64,000 bases of DNA from NCBI GenBank assembly GCA_002189035.1, contig NEEC01000018.1, positions 2,418,001 to 2,482,000 of the forward strand, given 5' to 3'. The DNA is from Utricularia gibba. Its lineage: Eukaryota; Plantae; Magnoliophyta. The position numbers and the translations under genes were made by a program. This document shows, piece after piece, positions 62,375 to 64,000 of this stretch; within the stretch, counting starts at the first letter, position 1, and every line of letters begins with the position of its first letter. The notes beneath the pieces are model-generated. The model was not told the origin of the DNA. It searched no databases and saw nothing but the letters and a program-made list of their open reading frames with translations.

Positions 62375-62796
62375 ACCACTACCGCCGTTGGTCACGCCGT
62401 GTCGTTGCCTTGCAAACGGCTGCGGCATGTGTGTTCCGCCCTGATGTTTTTTGAAGGATATTCTTGAAACTGATTGAGAGTAAGCTTTGAGTTACCTGTT
62501 TTCCTTGCTGGTTGTTTGCTTTATCTCTGTTTGTGTATTTCCGTTAATTGTTACTTTCTTCAGTTCGAGGGTTTTTTTATGCGGTTTCTCTTTAGTTTTC
62601 ACTTCAGATAATTTGAGGAAGATGCTGGTTTGTGTAAACTGAAGTGGGTGAGCAAGGTTCCAGCAGCTTGTGTTTGCTTTCGTAGTGTTTATTTTCTAGA
62701 CTCACACTCTAGAGCCGGTTTGCACTTTTTTCTTATGCCGGGATGGGTTTTAGGTGTCTAAAGCTGGCAGTTTGGGTATTAGCACCACTCATGGTT
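62375..62796 (+). repeat. Copy B of the ~420-bp SPY-leader direct repeat
   Basis: Begins accactaccgccgttggtc and ends caccactcatggtt, as in 54439-54858; starts ~100 bp after the preceding stop codon. Confidence 0.95.
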
Positions 62797-63528
62797 TGAG
62801 AGGGTTCTCCTCCGCCTCTTCGCTTTTTCGCTTGGTCCCGATGAAAAGGGGAGCTTGGTTGTGACGGTGGCAGGAGAAGGTGACTACCATCTCCACATTA
62901 CGAAGGGTCTAGCGCGGGTTTTACTTACTTTCAAAAAATAAAATGGGAAATAAAATAAGAATAATTTCAAAAAATAGATAGAATAATGCAAAAAGTATTT
63001 TTCTAAAGAATTAGATATTTTATGTATCAATGTATAAATTACAATTTTACTATTTATATATTTAAATTAAAATAATTTAAAATCATCAAATAAAATATAT
63101 AATAAAAATAATCAATGTTTATGTAGAAATCTGAGCTTTGATGTTGGTGTGCGAAAGGTTTAGATAGACAAGAAGCATGATTGAATAAAATTGACATTAT
63201 ATATTCTGAAAGTACAACTTATTTATAATCCATTTATGATTTACAATACAAATTGTAGCAATAGAAAATGGTTTATGTTATGTTTCAAAATTATTAATAC
63301 TATTGAATGGAAAATAGTAAGTTGAACTTGCCACGCCACACTGTTTTAACTAACACGGCATCACAGCAGGTGGTACGTAGAACAATCCACTGATCTTCAA
63401 CCATCCTTCTTTTCTTGTAATCACTCTCACAAACGACGATCCAATTCCAGCCCAGCGGGTCGAATGAGAGTCAGCACCAACCATCCTACCTGGTCTCTAT
63501 CAAAGTGGATACATTGGGCTGACTTGCT

Positions 63529-64000
63529 TCATTCCAATAGTCGCCTGTGCTTGTACCAGGCAAGCGCAGATACATACAGAAATAGTGTGCCTACGAAGCC
63601 TCCTCCCACAGTAAAAAGAAACCTGGTCATTCCATGTTCCTCATCATTGAAAAGCTCAATCTTGATGTTCATTCCAAAAAGCCCAACAAGAGCAACAAAT
63701 GCACTCAGTACAAGTGTGGCTGTCATCAGCAACACCCCCATTCTTAGTAGATTGTTCTGCTTATCATCCAACATGATGTTGATGTAATCCTCTGTATCGT
63801 CCACGTACTCTCGCAGCTGAATACATGGAAAAACCAACAGTAATTTTTAACATCATTCCGCAGCAAGGATGTCAGGATACTGTGCATGAGTATGGATTGC
63901 TGCATACGTTCGATAGTTTGTTCAGAGTGCCCTCCGTCTGAACAAAGTATGCTTCCAAGAGCATTTCTAGCTCTTCAACGTCAAATGGCTTAGTAGTTGA
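63529..64000 (-). CDS. 3' part of an MRS2/CorA magnesium transporter (exons >64000-63908, 63816-63529)
   Basis: DVEELEMLLEAYFVQ..GTLNKLS-LREYVDDTEDYINIMLDDKQN, TM1 ending in GMN (FGMNI), TM2. Confidence 0.93.

Noticed and set aside
63124-63147. ~24-nt similarity to the sequence before the SPY start (55077-55100)
   Set aside because: Short, gapped and AT-rich; compatible with chance.
62930-63310. AT-rich tract as a MITE or Helitron
   Set aside because: No terminal inverted repeats, target-site duplication or 3' hairpin-CTRR end could be seen.
1-64000. CRISPR arrays, rRNA genes, intact transposons
   Set aside because: No regularly spaced repeat array, rRNA-like sequence, or transposase or reverse-transcriptase motifs were seen.

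Overview
Gene-dense plant nuclear DNA: about 21 intact-looking protein genes, 2 pseudogene relics and 1 tRNA in 64 kb, with mostly short introns. The 2S albumin resembles the sesame type and the genome is compact, which suggests an asterid, probably Lamiales (inference). Order: three tandem UGT86-type glycosyltransferases; a 13-exon gene fusing a catalytically degenerate phosphoglycerate-kinase (PGK) fold to a TrmB/Trm8-type tRNA m7G46 methyltransferase domain (the most interesting object here); a UGT 5' relic; a GAS2/GIM2-like 2OG dioxygenase; ATL RING-H2; HRA1-like trihelix factor; tRNA-Arg(TCT); a pyruvate kinase pseudogene fragment; KDTA; CSLA; mTERF6; DUF662 golgin; SEC63/ERdj2; a LysM protein; a LITTLE ZIPPER; FtsZ2; GNA1; 2S albumin; a two-domain GST; an F-box protein; cell-wall invertase; SPY; an EMB2735-like gene; and the 3' end of an MRS2 Mg transporter. 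A near-identical ~420-bp copy of the SPY 5' leader lies 7.9 kb downstream. Nine single-base shortfalls in G/C homopolymers break seven otherwise intact genes and are most likely assembly errors. Family assignments rest on motifs and remembered homologues; no database search was run.
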